Position numbers and translations under genes: made by a program. From Eledone cirrhosa (lineage: Eukaryota): 64,000 bases of DNA. The stretch spans positions 186,001 through 250,000 of the forward strand of contig CAXHJY010000275.1 in NCBI GenBank assembly GCA_964016885.1, read 5' to 3'. Numbering within the stretch: position 1 is the stretch's first letter; the number at the start of each line of letters is the position of its first letter. Shown one piece after another: positions 1-11,300 of this stretch. The notes beneath the pieces were generated by a model. That model ran no database searches. It had not been told where the DNA came from and saw nothing but the letters and a program-made list of their open reading frames with translations.

Positions 1-3000
1 GTAGCTTTGGTGTAGTACTAGTTAGTTGTAGCAGTCACTATAGCTTGAGTGTAATACTGGTTAGTTGTAGCAGTCACTGTAGCTTTGGTGTAATACTGGT
101 TAGTTGTAACAGTCACTCTAGCTTTGCTGTAATACTGGTTAGTTGTAGCAGTCACTGTAGCTTTGGTGTAATACTAGTTAGTTGTAGCAATCACTGTAGC
201 TTTGGTGTAATACTGGTTGGTTGTAGCAGTCACTGTAGCTTTGGTGTAATACTGGTTAGTTGTAGCAGTCACTGTAGCTTTGCTGTAGTACTGGTTAGTT
301 GTAGCAGTCACTGTAGATTTGGTGTAATACTGGTTAGTTGTAGCAGTCACTGTAGCTTTGCTGTAGTACTGGTTAGTTGTAGCAGTGACTGTAGTTTGGT
401 GTAATACTGGTTAGTTGTGGCAGTGACTGTAGCTTTGGTGTAGTACTAGTTAGTTGTAGCAGTCACTATAGCTTGAGTGTAATACTGGTTAGTTGTAGCA
501 GTCACTGTAGCTTTGGTGTAATACTGGTTAGTTGTAACAGTCACTGTAGCTTTGTAGTAATACTGGTTAGTTGTAGCAGTCACTGTAGCTTCAGTGCAAT
601 ACTGGTTAGTTGTAGCAGTCTCTGTAGTTTGATGTAGTACTGGTTAGTTGTGACAGTCACTGTAGCTTTGGTGTAGTACTGGTTAGTTGTAGCAGTCACT
701 GTAGCTTTGGTGTAATACTGGTTAGTTGTAGCAGTCACTGTAGCTTTGGTGTAGTACTGGTTAGTTGTAGCAGTCACTGCAGCTTTGGTGTAGTACTGGT
801 TAGTTGTAGCACTCACTGTAGCTTTGGTGTAGTACTAGTTAGTTGTAGCAGTCACTGTAGCTTTGGTGTAGTACTGGTTAGTTGTAGCAGTCACTGTAGC
901 TGTGGTGTAGTACTGGTTAGTTGTAGCAGTCACTGTAGCTTTGGTGTAGTACTGGTTAGTTGTAGCAGTCACTGTAGCTTTGGTGTAGTACTGGTTAGTT
1001 GTAGCAGTCACTGCAGCTTTGGTGTAGTACTGGTTAGTTGTAGCAGTCACTGTAGTTTGGTGTAATACTGGTTAGTTGTAGCAGCCACTGTAGCTTTGGT
1101 GTAATACTGGTTGGTGGTAGCAGTCACTGTAGCTTTGGTGTAGTACTGATTAGTTGTAGCAGTCACTGTAGCTTTGGTGTAATACTAGTTAGTTGTAGCA
1201 GTCACTGTAACTTTGGTGTAATACTGGTTGGTTGTAGCAGTCACTGTAGCTTTGGTGTAGTACTGGTTAGTTGTAGCAGTCACTGTAGCTTTGGTGTAAT
1301 ACTGGTTAGTTCTATCAGTCACTGTAGCTTTGGTGTAATACTAGTTAGTTGTAGCAGTCACTGCAGCTTTGGTGTAGTACTGGTTAGTTGTAGCAGTCAC
1401 TGTAGCTTTGGTGTAATACTGGTTAGTTGTAGCAGTCACTGTTTTTTTGGTGTAGTACTGGTTAGTTGTAGCAGTCACTGTTTTTTTGGTGTAGTACTGG
1501 TTAGTTGTAGCAGTCAGTGTAGTATTGGTTAGTTGTAGCATTCACTGTATCTTCAGTGTAATACTGGTTAGTTGTAGCAATCACTGTAGCTTTGGTGTAA
1601 TACTGGTTAGTTGTGGCAGTCTCTGTAGCTTCAGTGTAGTAGTGGTTAGTTGTAGCAGTCACTGTAGCTTTGGTGTAATACTGGTTAGTTGTAGCAGTCA
1701 CTGTAGCTTTGGTGTAATACGAGTTAGTTGTAGCAGTCACTGTAGCTTTGGTGTAGTACTGGTTAGTTGTAGCAGTTACTGTAGCTTTGGTGTAATACTG
1801 GTTAGTTGTAGCAGTCCCTGTAGATTTGGTGTAGTACTGGTTAGTTGTGACAGTCACTGTAGCTTTGCTGTAGTACTGGTTAGTTGTAGCAGCCACTGCA
1901 GCTTTGGTGTAATACTGGTTAGTTGTAGCAGTGACTGTAGCTTTGGTGTAATACTGGTTAGTTGTAGCAGTCACTGTAGCTTCAGTGCAATACTGGTTAG
2001 TTGTAGCAGTCTCTGTAGCTTTGGTGTAGTACTGGTTAGTTGTAGCAGTCACTGTAGCTTCAGTGCAATACTGGTTAGTTGTAGCAGTCTCTGTAGCTTT
2101 GGTGTAGTACTGGTTAGTTGTGACAGTCACTGTAGCTTTGGTGTAGTACTGGTTAGTTGTAGCAGTCACTGTAGCTTTGGTGTAATACTGGTTAGTTGTA
2201 GCACTCACTGTAGCTTTGGTGTAGTACTAGTTAGTTGTAGCAGTCACTGTAGCTTTGGTGTAGTACTGTTTAGTTGTAGCAGTCACTGTAGCTTTGGTGT
2301 AGTACTGGTTAGTTGTAGCATTCACTGCAACTTTGGTGTAATACTGGTTAGTTATAGCAGTCACTGTAGCTTTGGTGTAGTACTGGTTAGTTGTAGCAGT
2401 CACTGTAGCTTTGGTGTAGTACTGGTTAGTTGTAGCAGTCACTGTAGCTTTGGTGTAGTACTGGTTAGTTGTAACAGTCACTGTAGCTTTGGTGTAGTAC
2501 TGGGTAGTTGTATCAGTAACTGTAGCTTTGGTGTAATACTAGTTAGTTGTAAGTAACACTCACTGTAGCTTTGGTGTAAAAACTAGTTAGTTGTAACAGT
2601 CACTGTAGCTTTGGTGTAATACTGGTTAGTTGTAACAGTCACTGTAGCTTTGGTGTAATACTAGTTAGTTGTAACAGTCACTGTAGCTTTGGTGTAATAC
2701 TAGTTAGTTGTAACAGTCACTGTAGCTTTGGTGTAATACTGGTTAGTTGTAGCAGTCACTGTAGCTTTGGTGTAGTACTGGTTAGTTGTAGCAGTCACTG
2801 TAGCTTTGGTGTAGTACTGGTTAGTTGTAGCAGTCACTGTAGCTTTGGTGTAGTACCGGTTAGTTGTAGCAGTCACTGTAGCTTTGGTGTAATACTAGTT
2901 AGTTGTAGCAGTCACTGTAGCTTTGGTGTAATACTAGTTCGTTGTAGCTTCAGTGAAGTACTGGTTAGTTGTAGCAGTCACTGTAGCTTTGGTGTAGTAC

Positions 3001-6000
3001 TGGTTAGTTGTAGCAGTCACTGTCGCTTTGGTGTAGTACTGGTTAGTTGTGACAGTCACTGTAGCTTTGGTGTAGTACTGGTTAGTTGTAGCAGTCACTG
3101 TAGCTTTGGTGTAATACTGGTTAGTTGTAGCACTCACTGTAGCTTTGGTGTAGTACTAGTTAGTTGTAGCAGTCACTGTAGCTTTGGTGTAGTACTGGTT
3201 GGTTGTATCAGTCACTGTAGCTTTGGTGTAGTACTGGTTAGTTGTAGCATTCACTGCAACTTTGGTGTAATACTGGTTAGTTGTAGCAGTCACTGTAGCT
3301 TTGGTGTAGTACTGGTTAGTTGTAGCAGTCACTGTAGCTTTGGTGTAGTACTGGTTAGTTGTAGCATTCACTGTAGCTTTGGTGTAGTACTGGTTAGTTG
3401 TAACAGTCACTGTAGCTTTGGTGTAGTACTGGGTAGTTGTATCAGTCACTGTAGCTTTGGTGTAATACTAGTTAGTTGTAACAGTCACTGTAGCTTTGGT
3501 GTAATACTAGTTAGTTGTAACAGTCACTGTAGCTTTGGTGTAATACTGGTTAGTTGTAACAGTCACTGTAGCTTTGGTGTAATACTAGTTAGTTGTAGCA
3601 GGCACTGTAGCTTTGGTGTAATACTAGTTAGTTGTAGCAGTCACTGTAGTTTTGGTGTAATACTGGTTAGTTGTAGCAGTCACTGTAGCTTTGCTGTAGT
3701 ACTGGTTAGTTGTAGCAGCCACTGCAGCTTTGGTGTAATACTGGTTAGTTGTAGCAGTGACTGTAGTTTGGTGTAATACTGGTTAGTTGTGGCAGTGACT
3801 GTAGCTTTGGTGTAATACTGGTTAGTTGTAGCAGTCACTGTAGCTTTGTAGTAATACTGGTTAGTTGTAGCAGTCACTGTAGCTTCAGTGCAATACTGGT
3901 TAGTTGTAGCAGTCTCTGTAGTTTGATGTAGTACTGGTTAGTTGTGACAGTCACTGTAGCTTTGGTGTAATACTGGTTAGTTGTAGCACTCACTGTAGCT
4001 TTGGTGTAGTACTAGTTAGTTGTAGCAGTCACTGTAGCTTTGGTGTAGTACTGGTTGGTTGTAGCAGTCACTGCAACTTTGGTGTAATACTGGTTAGTTG
4101 TAGCAGTCACTGTAGCTTTGGTGTAGTACTGGTTAGTTGTAGCACTCACTGTAGCTTTGGTGTAGTACTAGTTAGTTGTAGCAGTCACTGTAGCTTTGGT
4201 GTAGTACTGGTTAGTTGTAGCAGTCACTGTAGCTTTGGTGTAGTACTGGTTAGTTGTAGCACTCACTGTAGCTTTGGTGTAGTACTAGTTAGTTGTAGCA
4301 GTCACTGTAGCTTTGGTGTAGTACTGGTTAGTTGTAGCAGTCACTGTAGCTTTGGTGTAATACTGGTTAGTTGTAGCAGTCACTGTAGCTTTGGTGTAAT
4401 ACTAGTTAGTTGTAGCAGTCACTGCAGCTTTGGTGTAGTACTGGTTAGTTGTAGCAGTCACTGTAGCTTTGGTGTAGTACTGGTTAGTTGTAACAGTCAC
4501 TGTAGCTCTGGTGTAGTACTAGTTAGTTGTAACAGTCACTGTAGCTTTGGTGTAATACTAGTTAGTTGTAACAGTCACTGTAGCTTTGGTGTAATACTGG
4601 TTAGTTGTAGCAGTCACTGTAGCTTTGGTGTAATACTGGTTAGTTGTAGCAGTCACTGTAGCTTTGGTGTAATACTGGTTAGTTGTAGCAGTCACTGTAG
4701 ATTTGGTGTAATACTGGTTAGTTGTAGCAGTCACTGTAGCTTTGCTGTAGTACTGGTTAGTTGTAGCAGTCACTGTAGATTTGGTGTAATACTGGTTAGT
4801 TGTAGCAGTGACTGTAGTTTGGTGTAATACTGGTTAGTTGTGGCAGTGACTGTAGCTTTGGTGTAATACTGGTTAGTTGTAGCAGTCACTGTAGCTTTGG
4901 TGTAGTACTGGTTAGTTGTAGCAGTCACTGCAGCTTTGGTGTAGTACTGGTTAGTTGTAGCACTCACTGTAGTTTGGTGTAATACTGGTTAGTTGTAACA
5001 GTCACTGTAGCTTTGGTGTAGTACTGGTTAGTTGTAGCAGTCACTGTAGCTTTGGTGTAGTACTGGTTAGTTGTAGCAGCCACTGTAGCTTTGGTGTAAT
5101 ACTGGTTAGTTGTAGCAGTCACTGTAGCTTTGGTGTAATACTGGTTAGTTGTAGCAGTCACTGTAACTTTGGTGTAATACTGGTTAGTTGTAGCAGTCAC
5201 TGCAGCTTTGGTGTAGTACTGGTTAGTTGTGGCAGTCACTGTAGCTTTGGTGTAATACTAGTTAGTTGTAGCAGTCACTGTAGCTTTGGTGTAGTACTGG
5301 TTAGTTGTGGCAGTCACTGTAGCTTTGGTGTAATACTGGTTAGTTGTAGCAGCCACTGCAGCTTAGGTGTAGTACTGGTTAGTTGTAGGAGTCACTGTAG
5401 CTTTGGTGTAATACTGGTTAGTTGTGGCAGTCACTGTAGCTTCAGTGTAGTACTGGTTAGTTGTAGCAGTCACTGTAGCTTTGGTGTAATACTGGTTAGT
5501 TGTAGCAGTCACTGTACATTTGGTGTAGTACTGGTTAGTTGTAGCAATCACTGTAGCTTTGGTGTAATACTGGTTAGTTGTAGCAGCCACTGTAGCTTTG
5601 GTGTAGTACTGGTTAGTTGTAGCAGTCACTGTAGCTTCAGTGCAATACTGGTTAGTTGTAGCAGCCACTGTAGCTTTGGTGTAATACTGGTTAGTTGTAG
5701 CAGTCACTGTAGCTTTGGTGTAGTACTGGTTAGTTGTAGCAGTCACTGTAGCTTTGGTGTAGTACTGGGTAGTTGTAGAAGTCACTGTAGCTTTGGTGTA
5801 ATACTAGTTAGTTGTAACAGTCACTGTAGCTTTGGTGTAATACTGGTTAGTTGTAACAGTCACTGTAGCTTTGGTGTAATACTAGTTAGTTGTAACAGTC
5901 ACTGTACCTTTGGTGTAATACTGGTTAGTTGTAGCAGCCACTGTAGCTTTGGTGTAGTACTGGTTAGTTGTAGCAGTCACTGTATCTTTGATGTAATACT

Positions 6001-8357
6001 GGTTAGTTGTAGCAGTCACTGTAGCTTTGGTGTAATACTGGTTAGTTGTAGCAGTCACTGTAGCTTTGGTGTAATACTGGTTAGTTGTAGCAGTCACTGT
6101 AGCTTTGGTGTAATACTGGTTAGTTGTAGCAGTCAGTGTAGCTTTGGTGTAGTACTGGTTAGTTGTAACAGTCACTGTAGCTTTGGTGTAGTACTGGGTA
6201 GTTGTATCAGTCACTGTAGCTTTGGTGTAATACTAGTTAGTTGTAACAGTCACTGTAGCTTTGGTGTAATACTGGTTAGTTGTAGCAGTCACTGTAGCTT
6301 TGGTGTAGTACTAGTTAGTTGTAGCAGTCACTGTAGCTTGAGTGTAATACTGGTTAGTTGTAGCAGTCACTGTAGCTTTGGTGTGGTACTGGTTAGTTGT
6401 AGCAGTCACTGCAGCTTTGGTGTAATACTAGTTAGTTGTAGCAGTCACTGTAGTTTGGTGTAATACTGGTTAGTTGTAGCAGCCACTGTAGCTTTGGTGT
6501 AGTACTGGTTAGTTGTAGCAGTCACTGTAGCTTTGGTGTAGTACTGGTTAGTTGTAGCAGTCACTGCAGCTTTGGTGTAATACTAGTTAGTTGTAGCAGT
6601 CACTGTAGCTTTGGTGTAATACTAGTTAGTTGTAGCAGTCACTGTAGTTTGGTGTAATACTGGTTAGTTGTAGCAGTCACTGTAGCTTCAGTGTAGTACT
6701 GATTAGTTGAAGCAGTCACTGTAGCTTTGGTGTAGTACTGATTAGTTGTAGCAGTCACTGTAGCTTTGGTGTAGTACTGGGTAGTTGTAGCAGCCACTGT
6801 AGCTTCAGTGTAGTACTGATTAGTTGTAGCAGTCACTGTAGCTTTGGTGTAGTACTGGTTAGTTGTAGCAGTCACTGTAGCTTTGGTGTAGTACTGGGTA
6901 GTTGTAGCAGTCGCTGTAGCTTTGGTGTAATACTAGTTAGTTGTAACAGTCACTGTAGCTTTGGTGTAATACTGGTTAGTTGTAACAGTCACTGTAGCTT
7001 TGGTGTAATACTAGTTAGTTGTAACAGTCACTGTAGCTTTGGTGTAATACTGGTTAGTTGTAGCAGCCACTGTAGCTTTGGTGTAGTACTGGTTAGTTGT
7101 AGCAGTCACTGTAGCTTTGGTGTAATACTTGTTGGTTGTAGCAGTCACTGTAGCTTTGCTGTAGTACTGGTTAGTTGTAGCAGCCACTGCAGCTTTGGTG
7201 TAATACTGGTTAGTTGTAGCAGTGACTGTAGCTTTGGTGTAATACTGGTTAGTTGTAGCAGTCACTGTAGCTTTGGTGTAATACTGGTTAGTTGTAGTAG
7301 TCACTGTAGCTTTGGTGTAATACTGGTTAGTTGTAGCAGTCACTGTAGCTTCAGTGCAATACTGGTTAGTTGTAGCAGTCTCTGTAGCTTTGGTGTAGTA
7401 CTGGTTAGTTGTGACAGTCACTGTAGCTTTGGTGTAGTAGTGGTTAGTTGTAGCAGTCACTGTAGCTTTGGTGTAGTACTAGTTAGTTGTAGCAGTCACT
7501 GTAGCTTTGGTGTAGTACTGGTTAGTTGTAGCAGTCACTGTAGCTTTGGTGTAGTACTGGTTAGTTGTAGCAGTCACTGCAACTTTGGTGTAATACTGGT
7601 TAGTTGTAGCAGTCACTGTAGCTTTGGTGTAGTACTGGTTAGTTGTAGTAGTCACTGTAGCTTTGGTGTAGTACTGGTTAGTTGTAGCAGTCACTGCAGC
7701 TTTGGTGTAGTACTGGTTAGTTGTAGCAGTCACTGTAGTTTGGTGTAATACTGGTTAGTTGTAGCAGTCACTGTAGCTTTGGTGTAGTACTGGTTAGTTG
7801 TAGCAGTCACTGTAGCTTTGGTGTAGTACTGGTTAGTTGTAGCAGTCACTGCAGCTTTGGTGTAGTACTGGTTTGTTGTCGCAGTCACTGTAGCTTTGGT
7901 GTAATACTGGTTAGTTGTAGCAGTCACTGTAACTTTGGTGTAATACTGGTTAGTTGTAGCAGTCACTGTAGCTTTGGTGTAATACTGGTTAGTTGTAGCA
8001 GTCACTGTAGATTTGGTGTAATACTGGTTAGTTGTAGCAGTCACTGTAACTTTGGTGTAATACTGGTTAGTTGTAGCAGCCACTGTAGCTTTGGTGTAAT
8101 ACTGGTTAGTTGTAGCAGTCACTGTAGCTTTGGTGTAATACTGGTTAGTTGTAGTAGTCACTGTAACTTTGGTGTAATACTGGTTAGTTGTAGCAGTCAC
8201 TGCAGCTTTGGTGTAGTACTGGTTAGTTGTAGCAGTCACTGTAGCTTTGGTGTAATACTAGTTAACTGTAGCAGTCACTGTAGCTTTGGTGTAATACTGG
8301 TTGGTTGTAGCAGTCACTGCAGCTTGAGTGTAATACTGGTTAGTTGTAGCAGTCACT
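1..8357 (+). repeat. Left-domain higher-order repeat, copy 1 (8,357 bp = 215 monomers)
   Basis: Rare variants and ORFs recur at +8357 (580->8937, 835->9192, 1525->9882). The offset becomes +8356 after a 1-bp A insertion at ~2580 (2934->11290, 5363->13719, 6639->14995). Indel tally: ten 1-bp deletions, -11, -12, +4, +1 = -28, and 8357+28 = 215x39. Confidence 0.93.
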
Positions 8358-11300
8358 GTAGCTTTGGTGTAGTACTAGTTAGTTGTAGCAGTCACTATAG
8401 CTTGAGTGTAATACTGGTTAGTTGTAGCAGTCACTGTAGCTTTGGTGTAATACTGGTTAGTTGTAACAGTCACTCTAGCTTTGCTGTAATACTGGTTAGT
8501 TGTAGCAGTCACTGTAGCTTTGGTGTAATACTAGTTAGTTGTAGCAATCACTGTAGCTTTGGTGTAATACTGGTTGGTTGTAGCAGTCACTGTAGCTTTG
8601 GTGTAATACTGGTTAGTTGTAGCAGTCACTGTAGCTTTGCTGTAGTACTGGTTAGTTGTAGCAGTCACTGTAGATTTGGTGTAATACTGGTTAGTTGTAG
8701 CAGTCACTGTAGCTTTGCTGTAGTACTGGTTAGTTGTAGCAGTGACTGTAGTTTGGTGTAATACTGGTTAGTTGTGGCAGTGACTGTAGCTTTGGTGTAG
8801 TACTAGTTAGTTGTAGCAGTCACTATAGCTTGAGTGTAATACTGGTTAGTTGTAGCAGTCACTGTAGCTTTGGTGTAATACTGGTTAGTTGTAACAGTCA
8901 CTGTAGCTTTGTAGTAATACTGGTTAGTTGTAGCAGTCACTGTAGCTTCAGTGCAATACTGGTTAGTTGTAGCAGTCTCTGTAGTTTGATGTAGTACTGG
9001 TTAGTTGTGACAGTCACTGTAGCTTTGGTGTAGTACTGGTTAGTTGTAGCAGTCACTGTAGCTTTGGTGTAATACTGGTTAGTTGTAGCAGTCACTGTAG
9101 CTTTGGTGTAGTACTGGTTAGTTGTAGCAGTCACTGCAGCTTTGGTGTAGTACTGGTTAGTTGTAGCACTCACTGTAGCTTTGGTGTAGTACTAGTTAGT
9201 TGTAGCAGTCACTGTAGCTTTGGTGTAGTACTGGTTAGTTGTAGCAGTCACTGTAGCTGTGGTGTAGTACTGGTTAGTTGTAGCAGTCACTGTAGCTTTG
9301 GTGTAGTACTGGTTAGTTGTAGCAGTCACTGTAGCTTTGGTGTAGTACTGGTTAGTTGTAGCAGTCACTGCAGCTTTGGTGTAGTACTGGTTAGTTGTAG
9401 CAGTCACTGTAGTTTGGTGTAATACTGGTTAGTTGTAGCAGCCACTGTAGCTTTGGTGTAATACTGGTTGGTGGTAGCAGTCACTGTAGCTTTGGTGTAG
9501 TACTGATTAGTTGTAGCAGTCACTGTAGCTTTGGTGTAATACTAGTTAGTTGTAGCAGTCACTGTAACTTTGGTGTAATACTGGTTGGTTGTAGCAGTCA
9601 CTGTAGCTTTGGTGTAGTACTGGTTAGTTGTAGCAGTCACTGTAGCTTTGGTGTAATACTGGTTAGTTCTATCAGTCACTGTAGCTTTGGTGTAATACTA
9701 GTTAGTTGTAGCAGTCACTGCAGCTTTGGTGTAGTACTGGTTAGTTGTAGCAGTCACTGTAGCTTTGGTGTAATACTGGTTAGTTGTAGCAGTCACTGTT
9801 TTTTTGGTGTAGTACTGGTTAGTTGTAGCAGTCACTGTTTTTTTGGTGTAGTACTGGTTAGTTGTAGAAGTCAGTGTAGTATTGGTTAGTTGTAGCATTC
9901 ACTGTATCTTCAGTGTAATACTGGTTAGTTGTAGCAATCACTGTAGCTTTGGTGTAATACTGGTTAGTTGTGGCAGTCTCTGTAGCTTCAGTGTAGTAGT
10001 GGTTAGTTGTAGCAGTCACTGTAGCTTTGGTGTAATACTGGTTAGTTGTAGCAGTCACTGTAGCTTTGGTGTAATACGAGTTAGTTGTAGCAGTCACTGT
10101 AGCTTTGGTGTAGTACTGGTTAGTTGTAGCAGTTACTGTAGCTTTGGTGTAATACTGGTTAGTTGTAGCAGTCCCTGTAGATTTGGTGTAGTACTGGTTA
10201 GTTGTGACAGTCACTGTAGCTTTGCTGTAGTACTGGTTAGTTGTAGCAGCCACTGCAGCTTTGGTGTAATACTGGTTAGTTGTAGCAGTGACTGTAGCTT
10301 TGGTGTAATACTGGTTAGTTGTAGCAGTCACTGTAGCTTCAGTGCAATACTGGTTAGTTGTAGCAGTCTCTGTAGCTTTGGTGTAGTACTGGTTAGTTGT
10401 AGCAGTCACTGTAGCTTCAGTGCAATACTGGTTAGTTGTAGCAGTCTCTGTAGCTTTGGTGTAGTACTGGTTAGTTGTGACAGTCACTGTAGCTTTGGTG
10501 TAGTACTGGTTAGTTGTAGCAGTCACTGTAGCTTTGGTGTAATACTGGTTAGTTGTAGCACTCACTGTAGCTTTGGTGTAGTACTAGTTAGTTGTAGCAG
10601 TCACTGTAGCTTTGGTGTAGTACTGTTTAGTTGTAGCAGTCACTGTAGCTTTGGTGTAGTACTGGTTAGTTGTAGCATTCACTGCAACTTTGGTGTAATA
10701 CTGGTTAGTTATAGCAGTCACTGTAGCTTTGGTGTAGTACTGGTTAGTTGTAGCAGTCACTGTAGCTTTGGTGTAGTACTGGTTAGTTGTAGCAGTCACT
10801 GTAGCTTTGGTGTAGTACTGGTTAGTTGTAACAGTCACTGTAGCTTTGGTGTAGTACTGGGTAGTTGTATCAGTCACTGTAGCTTTGGTGTAATACTAGT
10901 TAGTTGTAAGTAACACTCACTGTAGCTTTGGTGTAATACTAGTTAGTTGTAACAGTCACTGTAGCTTTGGTGTAATACTGGTTAGTTGTAACAGTCACTG
11001 TAGCTTTGGTGTAATACTAGTTAGTTGTAACAGTCACTGTAGCTTTGGTGTAATACTAGTTAGTTGTAACAGTCACTGTAGCTTTGGTGTAATACTGGTT
11101 AGTTGTAGCAGTCACTGTAGCTTTGGTGTAGTACTGGTTAGTTGTAGCAGTCACTGTAGCTTTGGTGTAGTACTGGTTAGTTGTAGCAGTCACTGTAGCT
11201 TTGGTGTAGTACCGGTTAGTTGTAGCAGTCACTGTAGCTTTGGTGTAATACTAGTTAGTTGTAGCAGTCACTGTAGCTTTGGTGTAATACTAGTTCGTTG

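Noticed and set aside
31-42. Palindromes CAGTCACTG, AGTACT/TAGTACTA and ACTAGT as hairpins or operator sites
   Set aside because: Stems are at most 4 bp, too short for stable structure, and there is no evidence for a cognate binding protein. Useful only as restriction markers.
1436-1455. T7 tract after CAGTCACTG as a rho-independent or Pol III terminator
   Set aside because: No GC-rich stem and no upstream gene; it is a substitution variant of the monomer.
1501-2208. Minus-strand mucin/adhesin-like ORFs (ATVTATTNQYYTK)n
   Set aside because: Broken every few hundred bp by TAG stops and frameshifts; no signal peptide, anchor or non-repeat exon in the window. Not called as CDS; the recoding idea is kept only as a low-probability finding.
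2574-2590. GTGTAAAAACTAG (+1 bp), GTTAGAGTCA at ~33571, and T6 instead of T7 at ~63961
   Set aside because: Singletons not seen in the homologous copies (e.g. ~10935, ~42300). They may be homopolymer or consensus errors, or private mutations, and are not interpretable.
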